Shown here piece by piece: positions 38,328 through 45,870 of a stretch of 64,000 bases of DNA; position 1 is the stretch's first letter; every line of letters starts with the position of its first letter. A model generated the notes under the pieces. The model was not told the origin of the DNA. It searched no databases and worked only from the letters and a program-made list of their open reading frames with translations. The position numbers and the translations under genes are program-made. The DNA comes from a virus (Duplodnaviria; Caudoviricetes). The stretch lies in the IMG/VR virus record IMGVR_UViG_3300032132_000748; one strand, given 5' to 3'.

Positions 38328-38978
38328 ATGGCCGCTCCTCATCCAAAAAATACTAATTTTTACCAAGACACCTTAAATTTGAGACAAAGATATCGGTTGA
38401 GTAATCAACAAATAAACGATATTATCAATAATAAGGAAAAAAGAGTAAGTCAATCAGCGATAAACGGCTGGCTTAAAAAATTTCCTCTTTCCGGGGAGGA
38501 GCGACTAGAGAGTTTTGTCAAAAATATGAAACTCACCCGCTACAATCCCGGAGAACCTTCTAAATTTTGGACCCCTGAAATCAAAAATTTTAGTCGAAAT
38601 CAAGTTGGTAAAATAGCAGAAGCAGCGATTCTTTATCGACTGCTCCTTAACAACCACACAGTTTACTGCTCTCCTTTTGATGGAGACGTTGCTGACTGGT
38701 TGGTAGTTACACCTACTAAAAGCTACAAAATTCAAGTGCGAAAAGCTAAAACTCCAAAAACAGGTAAACCTATCATTTCTCTGTGTTGTAAGGACAACTC
38801 TAAAACAGATGAAATAATGAGGAGATTAACAGCCAATGACTACGATTTTATCGTGGGATATGATATCTATAAAGATAATGCTTACGTTTTTTCTTATGAG
38901 GAAACAAAAAATAATAAGACTTCTATAACAATAAGAGATGATGCACTTGAGGCGTGGCATAAAATAAGTTGTTTATAG
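38328..38978 (+). CDS. PD-(D/E)XK homing-type endonuclease with N-terminal HTH
   Basis: GKIAE...DWLV...KIQVR...DYDFIVGY, as in group I intron-associated PD-(D/E)XK nucleases. Confidence 0.75.
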   Translation: MAAPHPKNTNFYQDTLNLRQRYRLSNQQINDIINNKEKRVSQSAINGWLKKFPLSGEERLESFVKNMKLTRYNPGEPSKFWTPEIKNFSRNQVGKIAEAAILYRLLLNNHTVYCSPFDGDVADWLVVTPTKSYKIQVRKAKTPKTGKPIISLCCKDNSKTDEIMRRLTANDYDFIVGYDIYKDNAYVFSYEETKNNKTSITIRDDALEAWHKISCL

Positions 38979-39021
38979 TTACAAATATTGCGATGTCAGA
39001 GCCATCTGATATCATCCAAAT

Positions 39022-39429
39022 ATGGCCTATTCCGAAAAAGTTGTAGATCACTTCAATAATCCACGAAATGTTGGATCATTAAACAAGAATGATCTAGACG
39101 TAGGAACTGGTATTGTCGGTGCCCCCGAATGTGGGGACGTAATGCGTTTACAACTCAAAATAAAGAACAATATTATTCAAGAAGCGAAATTTAAGACCTT
39201 CGGTTGTGGTTCAGCCATAGCAAGTTCTTCATTAGCTACTGAATGGGTCTTAGGAAAGTCCCTTGATGAGGCTAATAAAATAAAGAATGTTCAATTCGTT
39301 GAAGAACTATCTTTACCTCCTGTAAAAATACACTGTAGTGTGCTCGCAGAAGATGCGATCAAGGCTGCAATTAAAGACTACAAAGCAAAACAAAACACCA
39401 AAGTCGAAGACTTTACAGTTAAAGTATGA
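39022..39429 (+). CDS. iscU: Fe-S cluster scaffold IscU
   Basis: MAYSEKVVDHF.NPRNVG, GAPECGDVM, KFKTFGCGSAIASSS, LPPVKIHCS. Confidence 0.97.
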   Translation: MAYSEKVVDHFNNPRNVGSLNKNDLDVGTGIVGAPECGDVMRLQLKIKNNIIQEAKFKTFGCGSAIASSSLATEWVLGKSLDEANKIKNVQFVEELSLPPVKIHCSVLAEDAIKAAIKDYKAKQNTKVEDFTVKV

Positions 39430-39653
39430 CTGATCTAGCTGATCTTCAGCGGATTCTCAAAGAGATGAGAAAAGAAAATAAAAGACTTCGATCAGAACGA
39501 AAACATTTCATAGCTAGAGATGGTCTACGACACTTAAATAATTACACCATTAGAACAATAGAATCATCTTACTACCAAGATAAAAAAGGTAGATACAGAT
39601 GCCAAGATTGTAAACGTTTTGTAATTGAACCTCGACATACAACGCTCTTATAG
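39426..39653 (+). CDS. hypothetical protein
   Basis: ATGA-coupled to iscU; CxxC. Confidence 0.45.
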   Translation: MTDLADLQRILKEMRKENKRLRSERKHFIARDGLRHLNNYTIRTIESSYYQDKKGRYRCQDCKRFVIEPRHTTLL

Positions 39654-39715
39654 TTTAATTAGTAGAATCTCTGTTTCGTAATCAGAGGGAGTCAGTGCAA
39701 TTCTGACTAAGAGCT
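39644..39715 (+). tRNA. tRNA-Thr(CGU)
   Basis: cloverleaf, loop TT-CGT-AA. Confidence 0.82.
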
Positions 39716-39733
39716 TTTGGTATAATTCGTATC

Positions 39734-40015
39734 ATGCAATTATCCTACTACACAACACCAGGAACCGGACCCTTAAGCTGGCAAAAAACAAACGAAAATG
39801 TTCGTAAAGTCAGTGATAATGAATTTCGTAAGCATACGTCTTCATTTTATGACCTAGATGGCAAAAAAGAAGGCTTTCTTTCAAAGTTAGCCAAAGCTTT
39901 CAAAGGCAAGAAGAAACGTCCAAAAGGTTCTTGGGGGTTACGTGTTGGTCATAGAGGAGATACCTCTCAGCGACCAGGATTTTTGCAGGGCATTGACGAT
40001 CACTGGTGGGGTTAA
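39734..40015 (+). CDS. hypothetical protein
   Basis: ATG 7 nt after TGG-TATAAT. Confidence 0.55.
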   Translation: MQLSYYTTPGTGPLSWQKTNENVRKVSDNEFRKHTSSFYDLDGKKEGFLSKLAKAFKGKKKRPKGSWGLRVGHRGDTSQRPGFLQGIDDHWWG

Positions 40016-40096
40016 GTCCTTCAACTTCAAGCATTTAAGAAAATATCAATCAAGTGACAGCTAACTTCGGTTAGTTAGTCATTAATATACAACCGC

Positions 40097-40168
40097 AGCG
40101 GTATGGTGTAAGTAGTAACTCACTAATTTCATACGTTAGAGTTATGGGTGCAAGTCCCGTTACCGCTA
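40097..40168 (+). tRNA. tRNA-Met/Ile2(CAU)
   Basis: AGCGGTA/TACCGCT acceptor, loop TT-CAT-AC. Confidence 0.78.
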
Positions 40169-40172
40169 TTAC

Positions 40173-40243
40173 GGGGATATGGTGAAACAGGATCATATTT
40201 GCCTGGCAGGCAAAAGTTTTGGGCGCGATTCCCAATATCTCCA
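40173..40243 (+). tRNA. tRNA-Ala(GGC)
   Basis: G3:U70, loop CT-GGC-AG. Confidence 0.83.
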
Positions 40244-40246
40244 TAT

Positions 40247-40384
40247 ATGATGGGCCGACTTTGTTTTCGGTTATCGATCTACGGAATCCGTGGAGGAGGT
40301 TCGAATCCTTCACTCTCGATACGTCGAGAGTTAGTGTAATGGTAGCACACGCAAACCCCGAGGACGCCCTTTATTGCTCGTCAT
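40247..40384 (+). ncRNA. Y RNA-like RNA 7 (ACG loop, permuted tRNA module)
   Basis: ATGATGGGCCGA...TTGCTCGTCAT; GAT-CTACGGA-ATC hairpin, T-arm, ACTCTCGA-TACG-TCGAGAGT capped acceptor, D-arm. Confidence 0.82.
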
Positions 40385-40388
40385 GTTT

Positions 40389-40462
40389 CAGGCTGTAGCT
40401 CAGCTTAGTAGAGCGCTAGTTCGGGGAACTAGAAGTCGCAGGTGCGAATCCTGTCAGCCTGA
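40389..40462 (+). tRNA. tRNA-Pro(GGG)
   Basis: C1-G72, A73, loop TC-GGG-GA (C33). Confidence 0.8.
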
Positions 40463-40514
40463 TTTTTTAAAAGTGTCAATCATATTGACTGGAGCAGAAG
40501 GAAAAGGTGAACCG

Positions 40515-41399
40515 ATGGGTTACCAAAAAATCAAAAATCTGTACCAGGATCCAACAATCCTAACACTCTTCCGAGAAGTATACTGTCTAGAAAAAATTCA
40601 CGGCACATCAGCTCATATTACATGGAAAGATGGAAAAGTGAGCTATTTCTCTGGCGGTGAAAAGCATGCTAATTTCGTAAAGCTATTTGATGAGGAAACT
40701 CTTGTTAAAAAGCTCACCGAAGAATTCGGTAACTACACTACTGTTACTATTTACGGTGAGGCTTACGGAGGTAGCTGCCAGAGAATGTCTACCACTTATG
40801 GTAAGCAGCTAAGATTCGTTGCTTTTGAAGTCAATATTGACGATCACTGGCTCGACGTTCTAAACGCTGAAGATGTTACTAAGAAAATGGGTCTTGAATT
40901 CGTTGATTACATTAAGGGTCCTGCTACTCTTGAATTTGTTAACGAACAACGGGATCGTCCCAGCACTCAGGCTATTCGTAATGGTATTACTGATGAGCCT
41001 AAGCTTCGAGAAGGTGTCGTTATTCGACCCTTAATTGAGCTTGCTAAGAATGACGGTAATCGTCTTATGGTGAAGCACAAGGGAGAAGCATTCTCAGAGC
41101 ACAAAACTCCTCGTGAGGTTAACCCTGAGAAAGTGAAAGTCATGTCTGACGCTAGAGAAATAGCCGAAGACTGGGTCACTGCAATGCGTCTTGAACACGT
41201 AATGGACAAACTCAGCCCTGACGGTATTGAATTAACTGTTAAAAGCACTAGAGAAGTGATTTCTGCAATGGTTCAGGACGTTAAGGACGAGAGTGAGGGA
41301 GAAATCGTATGGACTCCTGCTGTCTCCAAGGCAATCGGTAAAGCGGCTGCGAACTTGTTTCATAGGCATCTTAAATCGAAGCTTGCCAGCCTAGAATAG
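40515..41399 (+). CDS. Rnl2-family RNA ligase
   Basis: Y.KI, EKIHGT (motif I), IYGE.YGG, AFEV, REGVVIRP, VKHK..F.E; start MGYQK after AAGGTGA. Confidence 0.85.
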   Translation: MGYQKIKNLYQDPTILTLFREVYCLEKIHGTSAHITWKDGKVSYFSGGEKHANFVKLFDEETLVKKLTEEFGNYTTVTIYGEAYGGSCQRMSTTYGKQLRFVAFEVNIDDHWLDVLNAEDVTKKMGLEFVDYIKGPATLEFVNEQRDRPSTQAIRNGITDEPKLREGVVIRPLIELAKNDGNRLMVKHKGEAFSEHKTPREVNPEKVKVMSDAREIAEDWVTAMRLEHVMDKLSPDGIELTVKSTREVISAMVQDVKDESEGEIVWTPAVSKAIGKAAANLFHRHLKSKLASLE

Positions 41400-41440
41400 A
41401 GTTCGGGGCTTAGTCGATCTTCGGCTAAGCCCTAACTCTT
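41397..41440 (+). terminator. long stem-loop after the RNA ligase
   Basis: AGAGTT-C-GGGGCTTAGTCGA-TCT-TCGGCTAAGCCCT-AACTCT. Confidence 0.6.
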
Positions 41441-41486
41441 GACTAAGATCAACGATACAGTATAGTAGTAGCAACAAGGAAGTATC

Positions 41487-41582
41487 ATGGGAAACAAAGA
41501 TAAGAAAAAAGAGAAGAAGAAACCTAAAAAGGTTAAACCTCCAAAAAATCCAAAACCTAATACTGATCCAAAGAATAAATAA
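41487..41582 (+). CDS. 31-aa K/P-rich peptide
   Basis: TTGACT..TATAGT promoter, AAGGA RBS, MGNKDKKKEKKKPKK. Confidence 0.5.
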   Translation: MGNKDKKKEKKKPKKVKPPKNPKPNTDPKNK

Positions 41583-41599
41583 TGTTATGATATAAATAG

Positions 41600-41804
41600 T
41601 TCTAATACAGCCCCGTTTGCTCTATTAGAAGTATGAGTGGTTGCCAAAACCACTCCGATGATATAATACTCACCGAGTATATCTAGCGGAAGACGGGCCG
41701 CTAGCTTAAATGAGGACCTGTGCCAGCCTCAAATCGGCACCACCCACTTGGGGTTAGTAATTTTGCTGCCCCTTAAATTAAAATCAACTAATAGGAGGTT
41801 GACT
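41600..41804 (+). ncRNA. putative structured leader RNA with pseudoknot
   Basis: consecutive hairpins; TGAGG/CCTCA stem whose loop GTGCC pairs with downstream GGCAC. Confidence 0.5.
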
Positions 41805-42712
41805 ATGACACCGCTAAACGCATTTTAACTCGATTTGAGGAATTCGGATTTCCTCTCCATATCGACAAAAACATTCTTCCGAATGACAATTCAACTGTCT
41901 TTGTTTGCTCAGGGATGCAACAGGTTAAAGAGAGATTCTCAAATCCTGACGGATCCAAATACGGCTCACTTCAGAGCTGCATTAGAACAAACGATATAGA
42001 CTTAATCGGTGATGGCTCACATCTCACATATTTTGAGATGATGGGCAATTTTTCTTTTGGGGGCGATGATTACTTTGCTTCAATTGATCTTTGGGATTGC
42101 TTACTCAAAGATCTAAAAATCCCCGTTACCCACATTACCGTTCACCCAACTCAGGATCACCACAAACAATATTGGCTCAATAAGGGCTACCAAGTCAAAC
42201 CGGACGAAGAATGTGTCTGGAGCGACGGAAATATTGGTGGATATTGTTGTGAGGTATTTGTAGGAGACCTAGAGATAGGTAACCTAGTTAATACTTTGGG
42301 ACACTCGACAGACGTTGGGTTTGGTTTCGAGAGAATTATTCAAATAATCGAGCAAAAGTCTAGAGTAGACGAAACTTCGATATTTGACCAGACTCTCCAC
42401 CCAATTGTTCGGGACCACTACCGAACATTACTATCCCTCAAAGAAAATGGGGTAGATCCTGGCTATAAAAGTAGAAACTGTATTACTCGAAGGCTACTTC
42501 ATCGTGCCCTCGACCTAGAAGATCAATCTAAACTATCTGAATTTTCAGAATGGATTGAATCTGAAAAGCAGCTCTACGAAAAAAAGCTTAGAACTGCTAA
42601 GAGAGTTTGGAAGAAGCATAAAAAGAAGCCCTACTCCTGGTGGAAAGAAAGCTTCGGTTTAACAGAGGACGAGTATGATCTTCTTGTTAAGATGAAAGCT
42701 AAGCCAGGTTAA
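41795..42712 (+). CDS. truncated alanyl-tRNA synthetase-like protein (aminoacylation domain only)
   Basis: ILPNDNSTVFVCSGMQQ, QSCIRTNDIDLIGDGSHLTYFEMMGNFSFG, LEIGNLV, DVGFGFERI, DHYRT; frame open from 41795, first in-frame ATG 41915. Confidence 0.82.
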   Translation, partial: EVDYDTAKRILTRFEEFGFPLHIDKNILPNDNSTVFVCSGMQQVKERFSNPDGSKYGSLQSCIRTNDIDLIGDGSHLTYFEMMGNFSFGGDDYFASIDLWDCLLKDLKIPVTHITVHPTQDHHKQYWLNKGYQVKPDEECVWSDGNIGGYCCEVFVGDLEIGNLVNTLGHSTDVGFGFERIIQIIEQKSRVDETSIFDQTLHPIVRDHYRTLLSLKENGVDPGYKSRNCITRRLLHRALDLEDQSKLSEFSEWIESEKQLYEKKLRTAKRVWKKHKKKPYSWWKESFGLTEDEYDLLVKMKAKPG

Positions 42713-43389
42713 GTAGGCTTTTTATAGACGTAGACTGTATACTCATACATGTTGTAATCATTTCTAATTACAAAATGTCGGCTGACTTCCTTTGTTAGGA
42801 AGTCAGCCAGAGTATCTAGAGGGAGATGAAATAAATCGTCTCTCTCCCAGTCTACCTGTTTCGACATCACGTTAAATGCAATCCCACGAGCCGCCCCATC
42901 ATAGGCGGCTTTTATTATGTCTCTAGAAAATCCCCACATCTCGTCAAAGGAGAGTTTGTCTTTGACGGTGAGGATACCATTCATGACTATATAGTCATAA
43001 GACTCAGGAGTAAGGGGGTTTTTGAGTATATCTTGAGCAATGAATTTATCTTTTATGTTTGGGTATTCTTCTTTACAGAATTTTATAAATTCTGGATTTA
43101 TATCCATACCAGTATACCTACAACGCCAATTTATTTGCTTATGTTTTGGAGATATGAGATGCGGCCAAAACTTACCAGTCCCACAACCTAAGTCTAATAA
43201 TTTCCACCCAACGTAGGGGACAATACTATCATCGTCTGTATCAGAGGGCCTTTCTCGCATGACATCAGCCATGATGTTGAAACGTTTTTCCATGCCTTCC
43301 GCATTTTGCCAAGCTAGACCTTCAGGGGTGTCTCCAAATTGGGCAAAAGTAGCATCATAGTAGTCTTTGATAACATTGTAGTCAGTCAT
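42709..43389 (-). CDS. class I SAM-dependent methyltransferase
   Basis: LLDLGCGTG, YTGMDIN, YDYIVMNG. Confidence 0.85.
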   Translation of the reverse strand: MTDYNVIKDYYDATFAQFGDTPEGLAWQNAEGMEKRFNIMADVMRERPSDTDDDSIVPYVGWKLLDLGCGTGKFWPHLISPKHKQINWRCRYTGMDINPEFIKFCKEEYPNIKDKFIAQDILKNPLTPESYDYIVMNGILTVKDKLSFDEMWGFSRDIIKAAYDGAARGIAFNVMSKQVDWERDDLFHLPLDTLADFLTKEVSRHFVIRNDYNMYEYTVYVYKKPT

Positions 43390-43440
43390 ATTACCTTAAA
43401 GATAAGTGATACCTCTATATTTACAAGGTATAATGAATCA

Positions 43441-44043
43441 ATGAGCAAAATATTTGGAATAGGTTTTCATAAAACAGGAACAACATCTCTAGAAAAATGT
43501 CTTCTAGATTTGGGTTATAGACCACAAGCTGCTTGGGGAGAATCAAATCATCTAAACAAAAATTGGTTTAATAAAGATTATGATCCTATAATTAATTTCG
43601 CTAAACGTTTTAAAAGTTTAAGTGATGGTCCTTGGAATTTCGGAGATTTTTATAAAGTTCTGGATAAACATTTTCCGGATAGTAAATTTATTCTTACGGT
43701 AAGAGACTCAGATAGTTGGTTTAATTCCCTAAGAAAATGGTGTACACCTCGCTACGGGATTAAATCTTCTATAAAATGCTTGCCAGATGGTCCGGCCTTC
43801 CATAAGGCTATATTTGGTATGACAGAAGACTCACTAGAAGACCACGAGACGCGATATAAGAGCGTCTACGAGCAGCGCAACCAAGACATAGTGGATCACT
43901 TCAAAGATACTAATAAGTTGCTTGTAGTGGACTGGAATCAGCATGGATGGAAAGAACTCTGTGAATTTTTAGAAATTCCAACAGTTAAAAGAGCATTCCC
44001 TCACATGAATAAGGGTAAAATAAACCACATTAAACAAAATTAG
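43441..44043 (+). CDS. sulfotransferase (Sulfotransfer_4-like)
   Basis: KIFGIGFHKTGTTSL, KFILTVRD..SW..S, GWKELCEFL...FPHMN. Confidence 0.85.
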   Translation: MSKIFGIGFHKTGTTSLEKCLLDLGYRPQAAWGESNHLNKNWFNKDYDPIINFAKRFKSLSDGPWNFGDFYKVLDKHFPDSKFILTVRDSDSWFNSLRKWCTPRYGIKSSIKCLPDGPAFHKAIFGMTEDSLEDHETRYKSVYEQRNQDIVDHFKDTNKLLVVDWNQHGWKELCEFLEIPTVKRAFPHMNKGKINHIKQN

Positions 44044-44087
44044 TTCCTGTTCTTTCGGCTGAGATGTGTTTGTGGTACATTAAATCG

Positions 44088-45242
44088 ATGACCATTCCCT
44101 TATTCAAAGTATTTATGGCGGATACAGCCGGTGACGCTGTCTCCAAGGTGTTAGACAGTGGTTACATAGGGCAAGGCCCGAAGGTGGAAGCCTTTGAGTC
44201 TCAGCTTAAGTCTTGGTTTAACCATGACCTTTGTCTTACCTTGAACAGTGCCACGTCAGGACTACATCTAGCTCTCCATCTCCTCAAAAAAGAATTCTAC
44301 AGCGGTTTACGTGGCTGGGAAGGGATTCAACCAGGAGACGAAGTTTTAGCAACACCGTTAACATGCACAGCCAGCAATTGGCCAATATTAGCGAATAATT
44401 TCAAAATAAAATGGGTAGATGTAGACCCAACCACGTTGAATATGGATCTAGATGATCTTGCTCGTAAAATAACACCTACCACGAAGGCCATTATGTTAGT
44501 TCATTGGGGCGGCTACCCGGTGGACTTAGATAGAGTTAAAGAGATTCAACAAAAAGCTTTTGATATGTATGGTTTCAAACCTGCTGTCATAGAGGATTGT
44601 GCTCACAGTTTTGGTAGCACCTATAAAGGAAAAAGAATTGGAACTCATGGCAACATAAATGTTTTTAGTTTTCAAGCTATTAAGCATTTAACCACTGGTG
44701 ATGGTGGTTTAGTGGTGCTACCCCACCAAGAGCTATACAATCGTGCCAAGCTCATACGTTGGTATGGAATTGACAGAGATACAAATAGGAAAGATTTCCG
44801 TTGCGAAGCAGATATCACTGAGTGGGGTTACAAATTTCATATGAATGATATTGCTGCGGCTATCGGTCTGGAGAACTTTAAACATGTTGAAAAAGAAGTT
44901 ATTGAAAAACAGCAGCAAAATGCGGCGTTCTATGATGCATCATTCAAAGATTTTGAAGGCGTGACTCTGCTGGAAAATAAAGACGATAGAGAATCCGCCC
45001 ACTGGCTTTATACTATTAAAGTTCAACGTCGTGAGAATTTCATCGCGGCACTCAAAGCTAGGGGTGTAACAGCAAGTCGTGTTCACGAAAGAAATGACAA
45101 ACATACTTGCACCAGACCTTTTCTGACTCAACTACCTAATTTAGAAAAAGTTGTTAAAGAGATGGTATGTATACCAGTTGGGTGGTGGCTATCTGATGAA
45201 GAACGTCAGCAAGTAGTTGATGCGGTTAAGGAGGGTTGGTAA
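44088..45242 (+). CDS. DegT/DnrJ/EryC1/StrS PLP sugar aminotransferase
   Basis: NSATSGLHLAL, VHWGG, IEDCAH, FSFQAIKHLTTGDGG. Confidence 0.92.
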   Translation: MTIPLFKVFMADTAGDAVSKVLDSGYIGQGPKVEAFESQLKSWFNHDLCLTLNSATSGLHLALHLLKKEFYSGLRGWEGIQPGDEVLATPLTCTASNWPILANNFKIKWVDVDPTTLNMDLDDLARKITPTTKAIMLVHWGGYPVDLDRVKEIQQKAFDMYGFKPAVIEDCAHSFGSTYKGKRIGTHGNINVFSFQAIKHLTTGDGGLVVLPHQELYNRAKLIRWYGIDRDTNRKDFRCEADITEWGYKFHMNDIAAAIGLENFKHVEKEVIEKQQQNAAFYDASFKDFEGVTLLENKDDRESAHWLYTIKVQRRENFIAALKARGVTASRVHERNDKHTCTRPFLTQLPNLEKVVKEMVCIPVGWWLSDEERQQVVDAVKEGW

Positions 45243-45868
45243 TGCAAGTTTCTCATGAAATACTATATGGTATTAAAAGCTTTTACGATCACAAGGAAGG
45301 TATTTCTTTAAGAAAGGTTAATGAAACAGATTTGCCTGATTTGATGAATCTTAAAAATGAATCATGGTTTGGAACAGTAAATACTGTGTGTCTTAATATT
45401 CATGATCAACGTAAGTGGTTCGAAAAAATAAGTAACGACTCCTCTAGTATGTATTTCATCTGTAGTTCCGATCTAGGTAGGGGTGAAACAGATAATATAG
45501 GTCTTTATGGGTTTACTGATATAGACCCTATAAATCAAAGCTGTAGTTTTACTCATTCCCTTTACGAACGGTTTAGGGGCCAAGGGTTGGGTAAGAAAAC
45601 TCTCTACGCTGGAATAGATATGACCTTTGAAGTTTTCAACATGCGTCGTATTGAAACGTGGATTCTAGAAAATAACCAAGCAGAGATAGCCGTCGCCAAG
45701 TCAGTAGGTTTTGTGGGAGAGGGCTCTAAACGAAAAGCTATCTATAAATGTAATGAATACTTAGACTGCAATCTTTATGGTCTTCTAAGGGACGAATGGC
45801 AAGCCACTGATCGAGTAAAAGATTACAAGGGCCTCTGCAACACGTCCTACATGCCCAAGACGAGGTAA
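45242..45868 (+). CDS. GNAT (RimJ/PseH-like) N-acetyltransferase
   Basis: FRGQGLGK, N..A....GFVGEG. Confidence 0.8.
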   Translation: MQVSHEILYGIKSFYDHKEGISLRKVNETDLPDLMNLKNESWFGTVNTVCLNIHDQRKWFEKISNDSSSMYFICSSDLGRGETDNIGLYGFTDIDPINQSCSFTHSLYERFRGQGLGKKTLYAGIDMTFEVFNMRRIETWILENNQAEIAVAKSVGFVGEGSKRKAIYKCNEYLDCNLYGLLRDEWQATDRVKDYKGLCNTSYMPKTR

Positions 45869-45870
45869 GC

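Noticed and set aside
33081-40384. Y-like units as CRISPR repeats, tRNA introns or mere tRNA pseudogenes
   Set aside because: They are dispersed, paired end to end with covariation, lack group I cores, and have permuted arm order, which simple decay would not produce.
32134-40514. Short ORFs overlapping tRNAs (e.g. 32219-32605, 35358-35651, 36230-36472, 40071-40313, and the 40374 extension of the ligase)
   Set aside because: They are translations of tRNA/ncRNA sequence.
41693-41705. ACGGGCCGCT as an eighth Y-like RNA
   Set aside because: No GTTATC or downstream TTGCTC partner; it is part of a local hairpin.
41600-41804. tmRNA, RNase P, hammerhead or T-box identity
   Set aside because: Lacks tRNA-like ends and tag, the P4 consensus, the CUGAUGA/GAAA core and the T-box antiterminator motif.
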